A stretch of 62,996 bases of DNA from Thermoanaerobaculia bacterium (GTDB taxonomy: Bacteria; Acidobacteriota; Thermoanaerobaculia; Multivoradales; UBA5704): assembly GCA_035308185.1 (NCBI GenBank), contig DATGHG010000502.1, positions 1-62,996 on the forward strand, given 5' to 3'. Position 1 is the first letter of the stretch. The number at the start of each line of letters is the position of its first letter. The notes under the pieces were generated by a model. The model ran no database searches. It worked only from the letters and a program-made list of their open reading frames with translations, and was not told where the DNA came from. A program made the translations under genes and the position numbers. Of this stretch, positions 1 through 9,703 are shown in pieces.

Positions 1-130
1 CACCTGGCTGGTGCGCCCGGAGAACCAGGCGCGCCTCGACCAGGCCCTGGCCGCGCTCGCCGCCACCCGCGGCTGGCGCGAGACCTTCGGCGGCGACGGG
101 GCGGCGAACTTCTCGCCCACGCCCGCGTAA
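1..130 (+). CDS. 3' end of an unidentified CDS (5' part lies outside the window)
   Basis: Frame 2 is open from the window edge to TAA 128-130 with strong G/C third-position bias (..TWLVRPENQARLDQALAALAATRGWRETFGGDGAANFSPTPA*). No family recognised. Confidence 0.4.
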   Translation, partial: TWLVRPENQARLDQALAALAATRGWRETFGGDGAANFSPTPA

Positions 131-197
131 CTCTCTTGCAGTTGGACTCGAACTGCCGCCGGCTTGGCGAGCGGGTGGCTCCCGCGGAGGAGGACGC

Positions 198-1595
198 ATG
201 GATCGCCGCACCTTTCTCAAGCACCTGGGACGTACCGCCGCGGTCGCCGGCGCCGCACGCTGGACGCCGGCCGCGAACGGCACGGCGGCGGTCGCCGCCA
301 GCGATCGGTTGACGCTGGTCGGCGCCGGCGACTGCATCCTCTCGCGCCGCGTCTCGGGGCTCGGCGATCCCGATTTCCTGGCGCTGGTCGAGCTGCTCCG
401 CGGCGCCGACTGCGCTTGGGGCAACTGCGAGATCGTGATCGGCAAGGCCGGCGAGCTCTATCCCGGGCTCAAGGGCGAGGACCCGCACGCCATCGGCGAT
501 CCCTTCGCCGCCGACGAGTTTCGCTGGTTGGGCTTCAAGCTGATGGGGACCGCCAACAATCACACGCTCGACTACGGCTACGAGGGCCTGGCGTCGACCA
601 TCGAGCAGCTGGACCGGGTGGGGATCGCTCACGCCGGCAGCGGCCTCGATCTCGAGCATGCGGCGCGGCCCGCGTACTACGACGGCGCCGCCGGGCGCGT
701 CGGCCTGGTGAGCTGCGCTTCGACGTTCCCGCCCTATTTTGCCGCCGCTCCCGCCCACCCCTACGTCAAGGGGCGCCCCGGCATCAACCCGTTGAACGTC
801 AAGACGACCGTGGTCCTCGACGACGCCACCTTCCAGCGGCTCAAGGCGGCGCGGAAGGTGCTGGGCGACCTGTGGGGGGAGAACGACTACCAGGGGCTGG
901 GGCCGCCGCCGCCGCCGCCCGACCCCAGGAAGTTCGACTTCGCCGACCTCACCATCGCCAACGGCGACCGCGTCGACCTGGTGAGCGAGGCCGACGCCGG
1001 CGACGTCAAGCGCATCGCCGAGGCGATCCAGGTGGCCCGCCGCGCCTCGCGGGTGGTCATCGCCTCCATCCACGCCCACGAGGCGCGGAAGAAGCTCGAG
1101 GTCTCGGACCTCTTCCTGCAGCCCTTCGCCCGCGCCTGCATCGACGCCGGCGCCGACGCCTATTTCTCTTCCGGGCCGCACGTGCTGCGCGGCATCGAGC
1201 TCTACAAGGGGAAGCCGATCTTCTACTCGCTCGCCAACTTCTTCTTCCAGGTCGACACCAACGGCTCGGTGCCGGCCGAGGACTTCGCCGCCGAAGGCCT
1301 GGACCGCCGCACCCTCGACCCGCGGGCTTTCGAGGACAAGATCGGCTTTTCCAGGCAGGAGCGCTTCTGGCAGAGCGTCCTGCCGCGCATCACCTACGAG
1401 GGCGACAAGGTGGCGGCGATCGAGCTGTTCCCGCTCACCCTGGGTTGGCGCGATCCGGTCTATCGCCGCGGCACGCCGCGGCTGGCGCACGGCGAGGAGG
1501 CGGCAGGGATCCTCGCGCGCCTCGCCGAGCTCTCGGCTCCCTATGGCACGGTGATCGAGATCGCCGGCGACACCGGCCGGGTGCGGCTGGGCTGA
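198..1595 (+). CDS. CapA/PGA_cap-family metallophosphatase-like protein with a twin-arginine signal
   Basis: The N-terminus MDRRTFLKHLGRTAAVAGAA is Tat-like. LVGAGDCILSRR, GNCE, LMGTANNHTLDYGYEGL and IAHAGSG match the CapA family layout. Confidence 0.8.
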   Translation: MDRRTFLKHLGRTAAVAGAARWTPAANGTAAVAASDRLTLVGAGDCILSRRVSGLGDPDFLALVELLRGADCAWGNCEIVIGKAGELYPGLKGEDPHAIGDPFAADEFRWLGFKLMGTANNHTLDYGYEGLASTIEQLDRVGIAHAGSGLDLEHAARPAYYDGAAGRVGLVSCASTFPPYFAAAPAHPYVKGRPGINPLNVKTTVVLDDATFQRLKAARKVLGDLWGENDYQGLGPPPPPPDPRKFDFADLTIANGDRVDLVSEADAGDVKRIAEAIQVARRASRVVIASIHAHEARKKLEVSDLFLQPFARACIDAGADAYFSSGPHVLRGIELYKGKPIFYSLANFFFQVDTNGSVPAEDFAAEGLDRRTLDPRAFEDKIGFSRQERFWQSVLPRITYEGDKVAAIELFPLTLGWRDPVYRRGTPRLAHGEEAAGILARLAELSAPYGTVIEIAGDTGRVRLG

Positions 1596-1642
1596 CGCGG
1601 CGGCGCGAGCATCCGGCGACGGGGCGCTGCTACACTGGACCG

Positions 1643-3052
1643 ATGGCCGATCCTTCCGGTCGCGAGGGGCACTACAAGGACGAGGTGCTCGATCGCCTGG
1701 CGGCGACCGCCAACGTCGCGCAGTTCGTCAGCTTCGGGCCCGACCTGCGGCAGCGCTTCGCCTGGGTCCAGGGGTTCCCGCCCAACACTCGCTTCGACTC
1801 GCTCGCCGCGGCGGTGGCGGCCATCCTCGGCGCCGCGCCGGAGGGCGCGGTCAACGTCCGCAGCTATCACCCCCAGAGCGCCAAGAGCCGGGACTTCCTC
1901 TACGGCTTGCGCACCGGCGCCGAGGTCGTGGCAGCCCTGCAGCGGCTCGCCGCCGCGGGCCTCTTCACCGTGGTCAACGAGACCATCGACGTGGCCGACG
2001 GCGGGGTGTCAGGCGTGGCCTTCGGCGCCGTCCTCGAGGTGGCTCCGGGCGACACGCCGCGCTGCGTCGAGAAGCCGGGCACCGCGGCCCTGCCCAGGGC
2101 CATGGGGCTGCGGCTGCTGCAGACGGTCTACGGCGTGGCCCCCGAGCTGCCGGCGGACCCCGAGTTGCGGGTCGAGTTCAGCCTGCACCCGTTGCGCCGC
2201 GGCTACCGCCGCGGCCACACCGTCCTCTGGGAGACCGAGCGTTTTGCCAGCGCCCCGGCCGAGGCGCCGCTGCAATGGCCGAACCGCTGGAGCCGGCTGA
2301 TGGGCGACAAGGCCTTCGGGCTGCTCGTCGCCGACGCCGCCGGCCTGCCCGTGCCGCGGACGCTGGTGGTGCCGCGCGGCCTGGCGCCCTTCAGCTTCGG
2401 CGCTCCGACCGGCCTTGCCGAGACCTGGATCCGCACCTGTCCGGTGGTGCAGCAGCCGGGGAAGTTCACCACCCGCCACGGCTGGATGGATCCCTTCCGG
2501 CTGCTGCAGCAGGAGGACCCGGAGGGCACCGAGATCGCCTCGGTCCTGGCGCAGCAGGGCGTCGACGCCCGCTACTCGGGGGCCCTGATCGCGCAGGCCA
2601 ACGGTGAGCCGCTGATCGAAGGCGTGGCCGGCGAGGGGGACGAGTTCATGCTCGGCCGGCGCGCGCCCGAGGCGCTGCCGGCCGCGCTCGACGGGTCGTT
2701 GCGCGAGCTCTATGGCCGGGCGGCGGCGGCGCTGGGGCCGGTGCGCTTCGAATGGGTCGCCGATGCGGGCACGGTCTGGGTGGTGCAACTGCACAACGGG
2801 GCGAGCCCCACCGCGGGTCGTGTCCTCTATCCGGGCACGGCCGCCCGGTTCCATCCCTTCCGAGTGGAGGAGGGAATCGACGCCCTGCGGGAGCTGGTGA
2901 GCCGCGTCGAGGGGACCGGCGACGGCATCACGGTGATCGGCCGCGTCGGCGTCACCAGCCATCTCGGCGACGTCCTGCGCCGGGCTCGCGTGCCCTCCCG
3001 CCTCGAAGACACCCCCGCCGGCGCCCCGGCCGGCGCCGCCCATCCGAGCTGA
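1643..3052 (+). CDS. Hypothetical ATP-grasp-like protein with a C-terminal PEP-utilising (phosphohistidine swivel)-like motif
   Basis: In-frame ATG at 1643 inside the 164..3052 ORF. GDKAFGLLVADAAGLPVPRT resembles an ATP-grasp lid. The C-terminal ITVIGRVGVTSHLGDVLRRARVPS resembles the G-x-TSH-x-AI-x-AR-x-GIP swivel motif. Confidence 0.55.
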   Translation: MADPSGREGHYKDEVLDRLAATANVAQFVSFGPDLRQRFAWVQGFPPNTRFDSLAAAVAAILGAAPEGAVNVRSYHPQSAKSRDFLYGLRTGAEVVAALQRLAAAGLFTVVNETIDVADGGVSGVAFGAVLEVAPGDTPRCVEKPGTAALPRAMGLRLLQTVYGVAPELPADPELRVEFSLHPLRRGYRRGHTVLWETERFASAPAEAPLQWPNRWSRLMGDKAFGLLVADAAGLPVPRTLVVPRGLAPFSFGAPTGLAETWIRTCPVVQQPGKFTTRHGWMDPFRLLQQEDPEGTEIASVLAQQGVDARYSGALIAQANGEPLIEGVAGEGDEFMLGRRAPEALPAALDGSLRELYGRAAAALGPVRFEWVADAGTVWVVQLHNGASPTAGRVLYPGTAARFHPFRVEEGIDALRELVSRVEGTGDGITVIGRVGVTSHLGDVLRRARVPSRLEDTPAGAPAGAAHPS

Positions 3053-3145
3053 ACCGGGCCGGCGCCGGGACCCACCCGGAATCGGAAGCGGCTTGTCCGT
3101 CTAGAATGGCGAGTGCTCCATCAAGAAGACAAGGAGTTGCCGGCC

Positions 3146-5902
3146 ATGCGTAGAGCTGCCCTGCCGCTTTTCCTGGTACTGATCGCGGGTTGCGGATCCC
3201 CGGCCACCGTCCCTTCTCTGTGGTTCGTCCACGCCACTGATCCGCACCTGTTCTCGCTGTCGCCAGCCGATGCCTTTCAGGACCAGCTGAGCCAGGGCGA
3301 TTTCGCCAACCTGCTCACCGCGGCGGGCTCGCCTCGCGATGCGGCGGCCAGGCCTGCCTTCCTGGTGCTCACCGGCGACCTGGGGCTGGAGGCGCTCTCG
3401 CGCCGGGTCCTCGCCGGTCCGCAGGCCCGTGCGGACAAGATCAAGCAGCTCGCCGACGCCCTGCGCGTCAGCCCGCTCAAGGACATCTACTACGTGCTCG
3501 GCAACAACGACGTCTGCGGCGAGGAGGCGATGGGTCCCGAGGTCGACGACGCGGAGGAGATCCTTGGGGAAGTCAACCGGCAGCTCGGCAGCCAGGTGAC
3601 GCTGCACGACCTCACGGCCTGCTACCAGACGTCGCGGTCCTCGTCGCTCGACGCCTGCAGCGCCGACGTCGGCAACGGCTACCGGCTGATCGGCTTCCCG
3701 TCGCAGTCGTTCAAGGCTGCCAAGGCCAACCGGGACTGCGATGAAGCGGAAGCTCGGGCGCGTGCGGCCGCCGGCGGCCCTCGCGGCGCGGCGTCCCGCG
3801 CTGCCGGTGCTGCGGGCACTGCCGCCGCTGCCACCGCGCCTGCCGCGACGGCGCCGGCGCCGAGCGTGCCGGCGACGCGCGACGCCCAGCAAAAGGTTCA
3901 GGTCGAGATCTTCCTGAAGCTCGTGGCCAAGGCTGCCGCGGACGGCAAGAGGGTGCTCGTCGTCACCCACATCGCCGAGCTCGACGATCCTTACCTGCAG
4001 GCGCAGAACCTCTTTGCGGGGGTGAAGAACCGGCGGGCCGCGCCGCGGCCGCCCTGGTCCGCCTGGGACGTCAGTCCCGAGATCTTCCAGAAGTGGCAGC
4101 GTCAGGTCGACTCCGACGTCGTGATCGGAGTCCTGGCCGGCCACTTCCATGACTCGCATCGCGCGGCCTATTACCCGCCCTATGCCTGGTCGACGGCGGC
4201 GGGCGACCGGTCGCGCAAGGACAAGGTGCTGCTCGCGCCGCCCCTGTCGATCAGGCTCCAGAGCGATTCGCCGTATCAGGCGCGCGGCTTTGCCCTGGTG
4301 GGCCTCGACGAAGACCGGGTCCGGCGCCGGCTCTATTGGTACGACGGCCACCGCTCCTTCCTGCCCGATCCGGTCGAACGTTCCCACTCGGCGCCGCAGG
4401 TCCGGTCCGCCGGTTGGCTTGGCGGGAGCTTGGGCTGGCTCTGGGAGCTGGCAGCGGACATGGAAAAGATGCAGCGCGCGGCGATCTGGGCGATCGCGCT
4501 GCTGGCGGCGTTCCTGACCAGCGTCCAGGTCTGGCAGATCCCGCCGCCGGCCACGCGGATGGCGACGCCCGCGGCCACCGCCCAGGCGCCAGCCGCTGCC
4601 GGCGCGGCCGGTCCGGCTCCGGGTGCCGGCGGTGCCGGCGGGGGAGGCGGGGGAGGCGCGGCAGGGGGGGACAGCGCCAAGAGCGGTCCTTTCGACAGCA
4701 ACTTCGCGAAGACCATCATGGGCGGCCTGGTCGGCATGTTCGCGGTGTCCGCTCTCGAATCGCTATGGCGCACCACGTCCAACTCGGGCTTCGACCCCAA
4801 GATCTATTACCTGGTCCTCTTCGTCTGCTTCTTCCTGGCCATGCTGACGCTGTCGGCGATGCTGCGATCGGCGGCCGAGGCCTTGCGCAGCCGGATCCTG
4901 CTGCCGTTGCCGGCCGGCGGTGCGCCGCAGGGCGGCGCCGGCGTCGGCGTCTGGTCGCGGCGCGCCTGGCGTTGGCTGCTCTCCCTCCGCAACCCTTTGC
5001 TGGTCTTCGGCGACACCTTCTACAACGTCATCCAGGGCAAGAATCAGCTGCAGACGGCCATCTTCGCGAAATCCATCATCGACCTGCAGATGTCGCTGTC
5101 CCTGGCCGCCGACAAGACGGCGCGGGCGGTCCACCGCGCCCTGCTGCGCGCCCTGAGATGCGCGGGCGTGGACGCCGGCGACGCCGACGTCAGGGTCAAC
5201 GTCAGCGTCCTTGCCGACGATCAGCAGTCGCTCTACTACGTGTCCTGGGAGCCTGGCAGCTCCTCGCGCAGCTTCGCCATGAACTCGGTAGCCTGGGTGG
5301 CCGTGCGCGCCGGTATCGCGAGATGGTGGAAGAGCACGTACACGACCAGCTGGGACTCCGGCACCGATCCGGCCAAGTTCACCATCCCGCTCTACAACGG
5401 CGATCCCCTGCCGCCGCTGCCGGCGCCGCAACCGCCGGAGACGAAGCTCACTCTCAAATTGAAGGCCTTCTTCCAGGACCGTGGTCCGATCGACTACGCG
5501 GCATTCATCGTGCTGCCGATCCCCTTTCGGCAGCGTGACGGCGCGGCGCGCCGGAGCGGCCTCCACATCTCGTTCAAGACCGAGGCGATGATGAACGCGA
5601 TCTGGGACGGGCTCGACGATGCCACGAAGAAGCTGCCGGCGTACGACTGCTGGTTCCAGCTCCTGGACCCGAAGACGATCTGCGGCAAAGCGGTGACGCC
5701 GGCATCGGTGGCGGCGGCTTCAGGGGCGGCATCGCCGGCATCGGCGGCAGCGGCAGAGCCGGCGGGCGACTGCGCCATCGTCATCAAGGACGAGGCGTTG
5801 CAGCAGTCGCTCCAGCAGTCGCTGGCGGTGCTTGCCGAGGTGCTGAGGCCGTTCAACGAAGCCATCTTCCTCGACTACATCCGTCCGCCGAAGGAGGGCT
5901 GA
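3146..5902 (+). CDS. Lipobox-bearing calcineurin-like metallophosphoesterase fused to about 3 TM helices and a C-terminal GAF-like domain
   Basis: AAGGAG lies 7 nt upstream of ATG 3146. MRRAALPLFLVLIAGC is a lipobox. MPE motifs: HATDPH, LTGDLG, GNND, GHFHD. TM helices: AIWAIALLAAFL, IMGGLVGMFAV, IYYLVLFVCFFLAMLTL. C-terminal beta-rich pattern: VNVSVLADDQQSLYYVSW..AAFIVLPIPF..SGLHISF. Confidence 0.7.
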   Translation: MRRAALPLFLVLIAGCGSPATVPSLWFVHATDPHLFSLSPADAFQDQLSQGDFANLLTAAGSPRDAAARPAFLVLTGDLGLEALSRRVLAGPQARADKIKQLADALRVSPLKDIYYVLGNNDVCGEEAMGPEVDDAEEILGEVNRQLGSQVTLHDLTACYQTSRSSSLDACSADVGNGYRLIGFPSQSFKAAKANRDCDEAEARARAAAGGPRGAASRAAGAAGTAAAATAPAATAPAPSVPATRDAQQKVQVEIFLKLVAKAAADGKRVLVVTHIAELDDPYLQAQNLFAGVKNRRAAPRPPWSAWDVSPEIFQKWQRQVDSDVVIGVLAGHFHDSHRAAYYPPYAWSTAAGDRSRKDKVLLAPPLSIRLQSDSPYQARGFALVGLDEDRVRRRLYWYDGHRSFLPDPVERSHSAPQVRSAGWLGGSLGWLWELAADMEKMQRAAIWAIALLAAFLTSVQVWQIPPPATRMATPAATAQAPAAAGAAGPAPGAGGAGGGGGGGAAGGDSAKSGPFDSNFAKTIMGGLVGMFAVSALESLWRTTSNSGFDPKIYYLVLFVCFFLAMLTLSAMLRSAAEALRSRILLPLPAGGAPQGGAGVGVWSRRAWRWLLSLRNPLLVFGDTFYNVIQGKNQLQTAIFAKSIIDLQMSLSLAADKTARAVHRALLRALRCAGVDAGDADVRVNVSVLADDQQSLYYVSWEPGSSSRSFAMNSVAWVAVRAGIARWWKSTYTTSWDSGTDPAKFTIPLYNGDPLPPLPAPQPPETKLTLKLKAFFQDRGPIDYAAFIVLPIPFRQRDGAARRSGLHISFKTEAMMNAIWDGLDDATKKLPAYDCWFQLLDPKTICGKAVTPASVAAASGAASPASAAAAEPAGDCAIVIKDEALQQSLQQSLAVLAEVLRPFNEAIFLDYIRPPKEG

Positions 5903-5931
5903 GAGAGGGCCTGCGCTATGATCGCCGCGCT

Positions 5932-6561
5932 TTGCGCTACCTGAATCGCGACGGCGAGCTCGACGGCCTCCTACATCCGCGCACCTATGGCGAGGACGTG
6001 CGCATCGCGCTGTCGCTGCTCGACGGTGCGCTCAACGGCGAGCGCGCGCTCTACGGCAGCAGCGAGCTGACCACCGGCCGGCGGCTCTACGCGATGCTGC
6101 GGCAGTACGCCGTGCACGACCTCTCGGCGCTGCGCGAGAAGCTCGGCCAGGCCGAGCTCGATCGCCTTTTCTGGCAACCCAACCTCACGGCGGCCGCCGC
6201 CTTCGCGCACGTCCTGCGCGACCGGTCCGGCGGGCGCGAGCTGGTGGTCACGCCGGCCTCCTTCAGCGCTCCGGGCTGGGGCCAGTCCGAGTATCTTGCC
6301 TTCTGGGAAACCCTGATTCGCACCCGCTTCAAGGCGGTCTTCTTCAACGACGGCTGGGAGTACAGCAACGGCTGCGCTTTCGAGTTCGCGGTGGCGCAGA
6401 GCGAGGCGCTGCCCACCTTCGACGCCGCCGGCGAACCGCTCGCTCGCGCCGCCGGCATCGAGCGCTTGACGACGGCGGCGCGAGAGCTGGCTGGCGGTGG
6501 TTTCGATACCGCCGGCTTGCGCCGGGCCCTGACTTGGCTCGGCGTTTCCCTTCCGGCCTGA
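5932..6561 (+). CDS. DUF4406 / nucleoside 2-deoxyribosyltransferase-like protein (hypothetical)
   Basis: TTG start 29 nt after the preceding stop. AVFFNDGWEYSNGCAFEFAVAQSEALP resembles the GW-x-x-S-x-G-x-x-x-E signature of the DUF4406/NDT-like fold. Confidence 0.5.
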   Translation: MRYLNRDGELDGLLHPRTYGEDVRIALSLLDGALNGERALYGSSELTTGRRLYAMLRQYAVHDLSALREKLGQAELDRLFWQPNLTAAAAFAHVLRDRSGGRELVVTPASFSAPGWGQSEYLAFWETLIRTRFKAVFFNDGWEYSNGCAFEFAVAQSEALPTFDAAGEPLARAAGIERLTTAARELAGGGFDTAGLRRALTWLGVSLPA

Positions 6562-6602
6562 AGCGCCGGGCCGCGGCCGGGTCCGTCAGCGATGGCGGGC
6601 CG

Positions 6603-7766
6603 TCAGGGATGGCGGGCCAGAGCCAGGCCGAACAGGTTGTCAGGATCGGTGAACCAGCCGACCGGCTCGAGGCCGGCGCCGGTGAGCAGGGCTTCGGCGC
6701 TGGCGCGGTCGTACTTGGCGCTGATCTCGGTGCGGATCTCTTCGCCCGCGGCGAGCTCGAAGTCGAGGTCGGCGGCCGGCAGCCGGACCTGCTGCCGGCG
6801 CTCGGAGCGCAGGCGCATCTCGATCCAGCGGCGGTCGGCGTCGTAATAGGCGTGGTGGCGGAAGGCAGCCGGATCGAAGTCGCCGCCCAGGGCCACCTGG
6901 TTGGCGACCCGCAGGATGTTGCGATTGAACTCGGCGGTGACGCCGGCGGTGTCGTTGTAGGCCGCTTCGAGGCGGGCAATCGGCTTGATCAGGTCGACGC
7001 CGAGCAGGAAGTGATCGCCCGGCGCCATCTCGCGCCGGCGGATGGCCAGGAACTCGCGTGCCTCCTCCGGCTTGAGGTTGCCGATGGTGCCGCCCAGGAA
7101 GATGACCAGGCGGCGCCCGGCGCGGCGGTCGACGTGTACGGCGCCCGCGGTGTCGGCGGCGTCCACGAGCGCCGAGGAATGTGCAGGGTGGGCCGTGTCC
7201 GGGACGCCGGCCGAGTCGGCGGCGGGGCCGGTGCCTGCCGGGTGGGCCGGGTGGGGGACGCGGGAGCCGTTGCGCCGTTGCGGGGCGTCCGCTTCGGTGG
7301 GGTCCGGCAGCGAGAGGTCCTGGTTGAAGTCCGCGACGATGCCATGGACGGCGAGGTCCGGGTACTCCGCGGCGAGCTCCTCGGCGACGCGGCGCACGAT
7401 GCCCTCGGCGACGTCGATCGGCACGTAGAGGTTGAGCCGGCCGGTCGCGGCCAGGGCGTCGAGCAGCACGCGGGTCTTGGTGGCGGCGCCGGAGCCGATC
7501 TCGACCAGCTGGGAGGCCCGCGACATCGCCGCGACGCGGCCGGCGACGGCGCGCAGCAGGGCATGCTCGGTACGAGTCTGGTAGTACTCGGGCAGCTCGG
7601 TGATGCGCTCGAACAGCCGCGAGCCGACGTCGTCGTAGAAGAAGCGCGACGGGATCTCCCTGGGCGAGCGCAGCAGCGCCTCCCGCAGCTCGCCGCGGTC
7701 GCGGGCCGCCTGCCCGTCGCGGTTGTGGATGGTTACCAGGACGCGCTCTGAAGTCGCGATCACCAC
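6603..7766 (-). CDS. egtD: L-histidine N-alpha-methyltransferase (EgtD-like, Methyltransf_33) with a low-complexity insert
   Basis: FFYDDVGSRLFERITELPEYYQTRTE, LVEIGSGAATKTRVLL, YVPIDVA, FLGGTIGNL, DHFLLGVDL, AYNDTAGVTAEFNRNIL, RWIEMRL. The GTG 7766 start is preferred because GGAGGG lies 9 nt upstream. Confidence 0.8.
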   Translation of the reverse strand: MVIATSERVLVTIHNRDGQAARDRGELREALLRSPREIPSRFFYDDVGSRLFERITELPEYYQTRTEHALLRAVAGRVAAMSRASQLVEIGSGAATKTRVLLDALAATGRLNLYVPIDVAEGIVRRVAEELAAEYPDLAVHGIVADFNQDLSLPDPTEADAPQRRNGSRVPHPAHPAGTGPAADSAGVPDTAHPAHSSALVDAADTAGAVHVDRRAGRRLVIFLGGTIGNLKPEEAREFLAIRRREMAPGDHFLLGVDLIKPIARLEAAYNDTAGVTAEFNRNILRVANQVALGGDFDPAAFRHHAYYDADRRWIEMRLRSERRQQVRLPAADLDFELAAGEEIRTEISAKYDRASAEALLTGAGLEPVGWFTDPDNLFGLALARHP

Positions 7767-7909
7767 GGCTGCGGACCCTCCAATTGCGCGCTGCGTTGGA
7801 CTGGCCGGCCCCACCGGGCAGCCGGGTGCGGCAGGGAAGCGCCGGGGCTGAATACGGCGCCACGCCCCGGGTGGATGCATCGGGCCGCTGCCGCGGCCTC
7901 CCGGTCCTG

Positions 7910-9667
7910 TTAACCGTCGTTTGCCGCCGCCGTCTTCCCTCTGGCGCCGGCGCTGTCGAGTCCTGCCGGGCGCACCGCCCGCTCGACGGCTGCAAGCGCG
8001 AGATCGACAAGCAAGGCCAATGCCGCCGCCGGGATGGCGCCGGACAGGATCATGCCGGTGTTGGCGAGCTGCAGGCCGGTGACGATGGGCTCGCCGAGCC
8101 CGCCGGCGCCGATGAAGGCGGCGAGCGTGGCGGTGCCGACGGTGATCACCGCGGCGGTGCGCACGCCGGCCATCAGCACCGGCGCGGCAAGCGGCAGGCG
8201 GACCTCGCGCAGCACCTGGCCGGGGGTCATGCCCAGCGCGGTGGCGGCTTCGACCGCCCGCGGGTCGGCGTCGCGCACCCCGGTGTAGGTATTGCGGACC
8301 ATCGGAAACAGGGAGTAGAGCCAGAGCGCCGCGACCGCCGGCAGGGCCCCCACCCCCAGGAAGGGAATCATGAACGCCAGCAGCGCCAGCGAAGGGACGG
8401 TTTGGATCAGCCCGAGCAGCCCGATCACCGGCTCCGCGCCGCGGCGGTGACGCTCGAGGTAGAGGCCGAGAGGGATGGCGATCAGCGCGCCGGCCAGCAG
8501 CGCCACGGCACAGAGTCCGAGATGGGTCCAGACCCGGCGCGCCAGGGCCGCGCGGTCGCGCCAGAGGATCGCCGCGACTCCGGCCGGGCGGCGCCGGCCG
8601 GACCGGGCGCCTTGCGGGTTCGCCTGATTCGTGGGGTTCGCCGGGTTTCCCGACAGCGCCGGCGTCCCGGGCGGCGGCGGGGCGGGCGGCACCAGCCCGA
8701 GCGCCGCGAGGGCGTCGCGCGCCACCGTCACCTCGCTCTCCTTGCCCTCCTGCAGGCGCAGGTTGAGGCGGCGCATGGCGTCCTCGTCGAAGGCGCCGGC
8801 GAGCAGGCCCAGGGCGGCGCCGAGCTCGGGGTGGACGGCGAGCGTGGCGCCCCGCACCAGCGGCGCGGCTTCATAGGGAGGAAAGAAGCCGCGGTCGTCA
8901 CGGAGCACGGTGAGGTGGTAGAGCAGCAGGCGGGCGTCGGTGGTGTAGACGTCGAGCACGTCGACGCCGCCGGCCCGGGTCGCCTGGTACTTGAGCGTCT
9001 CCTGCATCGCCTGGACGGACTTGAAGCGGATGCCATAGGTGTGGGCGAGGCCTGGCAGGCCGTCGTCGCGTTCGAGGAACTCGTGGCCGAAGGCGGCGCG
9101 CAGGCGGGGAGCGATGCGGGCGAGGTCGGAGAGCGTTGCCAGGTGCTCGCTCCGCGCCAGCGCGCCGGGCACCGCGATCTCGTAGGCGTTCTCGAAGCCG
9201 AGCGGCGCGATCCACCAGAGGTTCCAGCGGGCCAGGAACTCCGCCCGCACGCGCCGCAGGGTCTCACTCTTGCCGCCGGCGCCCGCGGACTGCCCGAGGA
9301 TCGAGACCAGGCCGGTGCCGGTGTACTCCGGATAGACGTCGATGGCGCCGCCCTTGAGCGCCTCGAAGCAGATCTGGGTCCCGGCCAGGCCCAGCCGGCG
9401 CTGGACGCGCAGCCGGGTACGGGCCTCGATCAGCTGGGCGAACATCTCGCCGAGCAGCCGGCTCTCCTCGAAGTTCTTGGAGCCCACCACGACGGTGGCG
9501 GCGCCGCCTCCCGGGCGCGCCACGGCGCCGAGCCGCGGTGGCCCGGCGGTGGCGACGGCGGTGCCGGCCTCGCGGGCGGCCCAGGCCGGGCCGTCGCCGC
9601 CGGTTAGCGCGATGGCCGCGGTCGTGGCGGCGAGGAGCGCGGGCAGGAGGTGATGGTGGCGGCGCAT
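7910..9667 (-). CDS. Fused glycine-betaine/osmoprotectant-type ABC substrate-binding domain plus permease (OpuC/OpuB class)
   Basis: Signal peptide MRRHHHLLPALLAATTAAIAL. OpuAC-like SBP region: VVVGSKNFEESRLLGEMFAQLIE. C-terminal BPD permease region: LIQTVPSLALLAFMIP, LYSLFPMVRNT, LPLAAPVLMAGVRTA. Confidence 0.85.
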   Translation of the reverse strand: MRRHHHLLPALLAATTAAIALTGGDGPAWAAREAGTAVATAGPPRLGAVARPGGGAATVVVGSKNFEESRLLGEMFAQLIEARTRLRVQRRLGLAGTQICFEALKGGAIDVYPEYTGTGLVSILGQSAGAGGKSETLRRVRAEFLARWNLWWIAPLGFENAYEIAVPGALARSEHLATLSDLARIAPRLRAAFGHEFLERDDGLPGLAHTYGIRFKSVQAMQETLKYQATRAGGVDVLDVYTTDARLLLYHLTVLRDDRGFFPPYEAAPLVRGATLAVHPELGAALGLLAGAFDEDAMRRLNLRLQEGKESEVTVARDALAALGLVPPAPPPPGTPALSGNPANPTNQANPQGARSGRRRPAGVAAILWRDRAALARRVWTHLGLCAVALLAGALIAIPLGLYLERHRRGAEPVIGLLGLIQTVPSLALLAFMIPFLGVGALPAVAALWLYSLFPMVRNTYTGVRDADPRAVEAATALGMTPGQVLREVRLPLAAPVLMAGVRTAAVITVGTATLAAFIGAGGLGEPIVTGLQLANTGMILSGAIPAAALALLVDLALAAVERAVRPAGLDSAGARGKTAAANDG

Positions 9668-9703
9668 GGCGGAGGTGGGGGACGAGGGTGCGAGAGGCCA
9701 GCG

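Noticed and set aside
164-1642. The N-terminal 493 codons of the 962-aa ORF 164..3052.
   Set aside because: It overlaps the well-supported CapA-like gene (198..1595) in another frame. Its translation is Arg/Pro/Gly-rich noise typical of off-frame reading in high-G+C DNA. Only the part from ATG 1643 was kept.
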